DNA from: Octopus vulgaris
Lineage: Eukaryota
Length of the DNA stretch: 64,000 nt
Assembly: GCA_951406725.2 (NCBI GenBank)
Contig: OX597825.1
Location: forward strand, 56,234,001 to 56,298,000
Direction of reading: 5' to 3'
Made by a program: the position numbers and the translations under genes
Part shown: positions 58,348-64,000 of the stretch, piece after piece
Position numbering within the stretch: position 1 is the first letter of the stretch
How the letters are laid out: every line of letters begins with the position of its first letter
Notes under the pieces: generated by a model
What the model saw: the letters and a program-made list of their open reading frames with translations, nothing else
What the model was told of the DNA's origin: nothing
The model's database searches: none

Positions 58348-58437
<90 letters not shown>

Positions 58438-58500
58438 TGAGTGTGTGTGTGTGTGAGTGTGTGTGTGTGTGTGTGCGTGTGTGTGTGTCAGGGTGTGTGT
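58348..58500. repeat. (GT)n microsatellite
   Basis: Directly visible. Confidence 0.95.
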
Positions 58501-59519
58501 GTGAATACGAGTAGCTTCTACATGGTTTCTGAATACCGAATTCAAATAACAACAATTTGGTCAGAAAGAGTAATTGGTAAAAGACAATTGCTCGTGGAGC
58601 CGAGTAGAGCAATCGAACCAGAGATCACTTGGTATCAGGAGTGCATGAGTAGTAATAGAATAAAAGCATCCACTTCCGACAAGGCGACGTCATAGCAGTT
58701 TCCTGATTAGGAAACGCTCAGCAGCGCAAGTGGTTTGGCGCGTGTTCATGAAAACCAGTCGCGTGGCGCTTTATAGAATATAATGTATGGTGTCTTTCAG
58801 CATAACCGCAGCAAAAGCAGGAGCAGCACAAGTAAATTAGCATGAACTGCAGGAACAGCAGGAACCGCAAGAGCAGGATGGTCCCAGATGTGTGAGCATA
58901 CATCATTATCACTATGGATCTTATTTCAGCTTTTTAAAGAGTGAATAGTTGCTGGGAAATAGAAACAAGAAAACAAAAAATAAACAAATAAATATGCAAA
59001 TAAACAACGCGATTTATTGATTATCCTCAAACCGTAGATTGGCTCATAAAAAAATGCCCACCTCCGTCGAATGCAAGAAAGAGCCAGGACCAGGTGGTGT
59101 ATTTAAAACCGGACGATGGATTACAACCACCACCCAAGACGCTTTTAATTCTCAGTCAATAGAAAAAAAAGAGACGTTATATGATCGGCTGCAGTATGGA
59201 TGAACATCCGTGACCCAATTGCACGAAGTTATTTTATCTGAAGTCAATATCCAGCCATTATAAAGCTACGTTAAAACATATAATGATAATATAACAGTTG
59301 TAGGCTTGTTGAGTCAGCAGTTTTGCTTTGTTTGGTTATTTGCTGAATGTTTTTTTCTTTGTATATTCCATGTATTAGTTTATTTATTGTTTTAGGTACA
59401 ACAGCAGCTGTCGTGACAACAACTAAAACGAACTGAGCTTTACACCACTGTAGCTGTTATAGTGTTTACCTAGAGACGGCACAGACAAAACTAGAATAAC
59501 AATATAGATAATTGTTGTA

Positions 59520-59595
<76 letters not shown>

Positions 59596-59807
59596 AATCT
59601 ATCTATCTATCTATCTGTCTATCTATCTATCATTCTATCGATCGATCGACCTTAAGAGATAGATACATAGATAGATAGACAGATATACATTTACATTCAT
59701 AAGTATATCGATATAATTATATATATAGCTGGGTGTGTAAGTGTTTCTGTGCATGCGTGTATGTGCGTGCGCACACCCGTTTGTGGGTACGTCCGGTCGT
59801 GTGTACT

Positions 59808-59848
<41 letters not shown>

Positions 59849-60174
59849 ATAAATATATGTGTGCGTGTGTGTACGCATACATATATACGTATATTGACAT
59901 GCATATATATGTGTGTGTGTGTTAACATATAGGTTCAGGCGTCGGTGTGTATACATACGTATATATATATATCTAATATTTATTGAACATTGTATTCGAC
60001 GGAGAGATATGTTTTGATGTCCTTTGTTCAGTACAGCTACTACTCATACTTGACAATACAGAGACACAATACATAACTGCATGTGTACGTATGTGGATAA
60101 TTCTCTCTCTCTCTCTCTCTCTCTTTATATATATATATATATATGCGTGTGTGTGTACGTATATATATATATAC

Positions 60175-60220
<46 letters not shown>

Positions 60221-60490
60221 GTATGTATATATATATATATATACATGCATATATATATTTATATATGTATAATATATATATGTATATATATATATATATA
60301 TACATATGTATGTATGTATATATACATTCATGTATAATATATATGTACAGTATATATGTATATATATATATATATACACATACGTATATATATATATATA
60401 AGTATATACTATATATATATACATATATATACATACATACAGATATATACATATACACATGTACATATACACAAATATATGCAAATATAT

Positions 60491-60557
<67 letters not shown>

Positions 60558-61343
60558 AATAAATGTGTGACTACTTGACTAGTAAAATAGATCTATAATG
60601 CTATAAACGTTGTTTCGCCAGTCTTCTGCTTCACGCACGCACACACACATACACATGCACATGCACACACATTCACACAAGCACCACACCTCTCAGTAAT
60701 ACTATTCAATCCAACAGACATACACACGTGCACCTAATCAGTGTAACAAAGCTACACATACCCACCTAATCAATGCTACACAAAACACATCTAAGAGACC
60801 CATAAAACAGCTAATAGTTTCCAAGGTTTACAATCGTTTTTTTGTTGTTCTCTATGAGCAACAACCAGTTAAAATGACATCAAGCTTGTACTACTCATTC
60901 TTTTTTCTGACATCGCATCTCGTTTCGCTTCAGTAGAGCCGACACGGTTGGATGGTTTTAAGTGTTATATGACTAAACAACCCGTAGGTTTTTGAGTTCA
61001 AATCTGGCTGAGGGTTTATGACTGAACTTTGCAGCGATTCATGTTTTCGTTTTTTAAAACAAATTTTAGACAAGATCTCTTTACTCGATCAACCCGGAGA
61101 ACAGTTTCTCTGAGCGGTCTCAGCTCCAGACCAAATTTTACCAGATCAGTTCAGTTGATTTTTGTCTGTCTTGTTGTTTAACCCTAGGCTAGCCTTCATC
61201 GAGAAGACTTATATTCACAGTAATCCCATCCCTGATAAGGTCATCTTATTTCAGACTACCTTTCTTGTTTTTAGACTTCGAGGTAACTATGTTTCCTTTA
61301 ATCTTTTAAATTGTTGATATAAATTCGACGGGAAAAGGCGAGT

Positions 61344-61415
61344 GGTTACGTTGGTGTAATGGTAACACACTTGTCTCGAAAGTACAGAGGTGTGGATTCG
61401 AGCCCCACGCTTACG
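61344..61415 (+). pseudogene. tRNA-like sequence (pseudogene or SINE head)
   Basis: A box TGGTGTAATGG with D stem GTGT/ACAC, and B box GATTCGAGCC with T stem GTGG/CCAC. Acceptor and anticodon stems pair poorly. Confidence 0.55.
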
Positions 61416-62369
61416 GAAAACTCACTTTCTTCTCCCGTCGAGAGCTTATCTGCCAAAGTATTAGACTCTTTTCTTTAGTCAGTACACAGTGATCGTTTAT
61501 AAGCATTAAGCTTATCAAATATTATTATTATTATTTACAGAATTGTAAAACTCGGCACCGCTTATAAATCATCGCAGAAATCGCGCATGTTAATACAACA
61601 TTTTGATCACAACTCTTTTTCGGTGTCAGGGCAATGATTAAATTCAGAAAGTATAGAGCTACCGAATCAGATGTGATAAGGCATTTCATCCAACGTTCTA
61701 AGACCTCTGGTAATCCACAACCGAAGACTAGTACTTTTTATTTATCGACGCCGAAAGAACTTACGGAAAAGGCTAAGAACTAATACTGCAAGGCATTGTA
61801 TCCAACTCTCTAACATCTCTGCCAATTAATGAAACCAAGAAAATCAAATGGAAATACTGTTCCGTCGTTTGATTGATCGACCGCCTCCAACATATAGCTA
61901 AGAAGCTATATTATTGAATAGCTTGTGTTGAAGGACCTTCATTATACATCAGTCTGAAGTTGACCAGGAGGAACATTGCCATAAATCACTGCTGGAATCT
62001 CTTGACTGATGAAATTGATGTGATTGATGATGATTATAAAAATCTTTGGGCAAGGAACCGAACTCCAGCGACCCGCACTCACTTCCAGCGATATGTAATG
62101 GCTGAAATGTATGTATTTAATTTTTCTTTCTGACTTATGAAGAGATGACAAAAGCCTACGGCCTTTGCAGATTCTCTGAGACAAGGTGAAATCGATACCG
62201 TTTGATGTTCCGCTGAAATTGTAACAAATCGTTATATGCAGGAAATATGTGAGTAAGAACGATAATCCATAGAATCATTGTTCTTAAGAGAAAAGACCGG
62301 CTGTAAAAGATAGTGCAGAATATTAGACAAAAGAAAGGCGAGGTGTGGGGTGAGATGATATAGTGGAAT

Positions 62370-63787
62370 GCATCGATGGAATTTAATCTTATGTGTGCCA
62401 AGGCCACTTTCAAGAAAAGGAAACTCAGAAGTGTTACATGTTAAAACATTTATAAAAGAACTTGAGTAGGAACAAACCCATAAATACCTCGGAATGAATG
62501 AAGTCTCTGACGGTCAACATGTAAGCATGAAAGACACAGTCAGGATGGAATATTATTGGAGAGTTCAAGTAGTTCTGAAATCTGAGCTAAATGCACATAA
62601 CGAGGTGTTAGCCATTAATTCCTTGGCAGTTCCAATTGATTCCTATAGCTTCAATGTGTTTATTGAAATATATCAGAAATAATGAAAATTTATTGAAAAA
62701 TTCAGAAGCTACTGACTTGTAATAAGTTGCACCAACCAAACGCAGACGTAAATAGTATTTATCTTCCCAGAGCCGGAGAAGGCAGAGATTTGATCCAGTT
62801 TGAACTTTCTTACAAAACCACCATAATTAGACTAGCCAAATATCTTGAAACGACTAACGTCTGGACGCTAAAACATGTTGAAAATCACTAGAGGTGTCAG
62901 AAGCGTATCTTGAAGTAGAGCAAAAATTGCTACTGATTTCATAAATGAACAGCTTGAGGGAAGTGTGACAACTATTGTGACAAAGAAAGTATAATTAATG
63001 GCAAAGAAAAAGGCGCATGAACAATTGGCAAGAAGGTGATGTAAATGGGATGTAAAATGGAGTAGATCCAAAATGCCGATTCTATCAATGCTAACATTGA
63101 AACAGTGGATCACTTAATTTCTGGATGCAAATCTTTAGCACCAGTGAAGTATAAATCAAAACACAACAGAATTGGCCAATATCTGCAGTAGTTACTGTGT
63201 TGGCATTATAAGATCATGACAAGTGGTATAAACATCACATTGAGTTTGTAACTGAGGAGAATAACGAGCGATTCTTTAGAACATTGCTGTACATACAAAG
63301 AGAACCATCAACGCTAATAAACCGGTTATCGTCGTAAAAGACCAAAATGATAAAGACCATTTATTGACTATATTCCTTGTGATCGTAATATCTCGGTAAA
63401 AGAATTTGACAAGCTCAGAATATATAAAGATTTGCTCATTGAATGTGGCATTTCAGGGCAATTACAATGCCAGTGACTTGCAATGATCAAAAAAGGAACT
63501 GAAAATTATTTGCAAATTACCTCTGGCTTACTTTCCTTGCAGGAAGTGCAAGATAAAGTTTTAGTGCAAGATAGTGTCAACACATATTGAGAAGAGCATT
63601 GTCGGTGTGAAAACGATTACGATCCATGTAAATAATTTCTTTCTACATACTTTTGCTGGATATTGTAAATGAACAATCTTGTGTGTATATTTTAGTAGCC
63701 TATCAATGTATACAGCGAGTTTCCTTGCCCTGGATGTCGAGATGATACTCGACAAGAAATGGAAACAAAATGGAAGGTAGAAGTTCA

Positions 63788-63790
<3 letters not shown>
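62370..63790 (+). mobile_element. R4/Dong-clade LINE 3' half, decayed, with (AAT)n tail
   Basis: CAKATFKK, HKYLG, EYYWRVQVVLKSELNAHNEVLAINSLAVPIDSYSF, IETVDHLISGCKSLAPVKYKSKHNRIGQYL, RTINANKPVIVVKD, YKDLLIE. Confidence 0.85.
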
Positions 63791-63853
<63 letters not shown>

Positions 63854-63854
<1 letters not shown>

Positions 63855-64000
63855 TCAAGGCTAATAGACCGGATATAGCTGTATCAAGGTTAATAGACCG
63901 GATATAGGTGTACCAAGGCTAATAGACGGGTTATAGTTGTATCAAAGCTAACAGACCGGATATAGATGTATCAAAGCTCGTTGACCGGATATAGTTGTAT
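63854..64000 (+). repeat. 29-bp tandem repeat, at least 5 copies, running off the window end
   Basis: Unit atcaaggctaatagaccggatatagttgt. Confidence 0.9.

Noticed and set aside
58718-58912. ORF resembling a signal peptide with a KR site (neuropeptide-like)
   Set aside because: The Leu/Cys-rich part comes from a degenerate (GCA/GGA) repeat on the plus strand. No supporting splice sites or recognisable homology.
59100-59150. Weak HHR-like strings (also ~8143-8195 and ~60601-60635)
   Set aside because: Each needs several core substitutions and has no repeat context within the window.
63854-64000. Regular ~30-bp repeat (also the 38-bp array at 5535-5762) as a possible CRISPR array
   Set aside because: Head-to-tail repeats without unique spacers, eukaryotic context and no cas genes.

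Overview
AT-rich eukaryotic DNA saturated with microsatellites. The SINE/LINE content resembles octopus (coleoid cephalopod) genomic DNA, which is recognition rather than a database result. I can support no intact host protein-coding gene. Almost all ORFs in the track are translations of simple repeats ((TA)n, (CA)n, (AAT)n, (GATA)n). The window holds many decayed transposons: a hAT (Buster/Charlie-type) transposase remnant, an internally deleted mariner, several MITEs, RTE, CR1-group, L1/Tx1 and at least five R4/Dong-type LINE fragments, Penelope-like elements (PLEs) and three tRNA-derived SINE families. The main signal is a set of minimal type I hammerhead ribozyme (HHR) motifs from five sequence-distinct families, eight copies in 64 kb. 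They occur in (i) a perfect palindrome with 161-bp arms, (ii) a 556-bp non-coding unit present as about 1.4 tandem copies (retrozyme-like), (iii) two pairs of inverted PLE-type termini with a compensatory U3:A8 core, and (iv) two dispersed decayed copies. The best-preserved ones sit in (TA)n tracts and their partial copies end at internal TATA microhomologies. HHRs in PLE termini and metazoan non-LTR retrozymes are known in general. These families, and whether they are active, are inferred from sequence only. Repeat boundaries were read by eye and are approximate unless stated.
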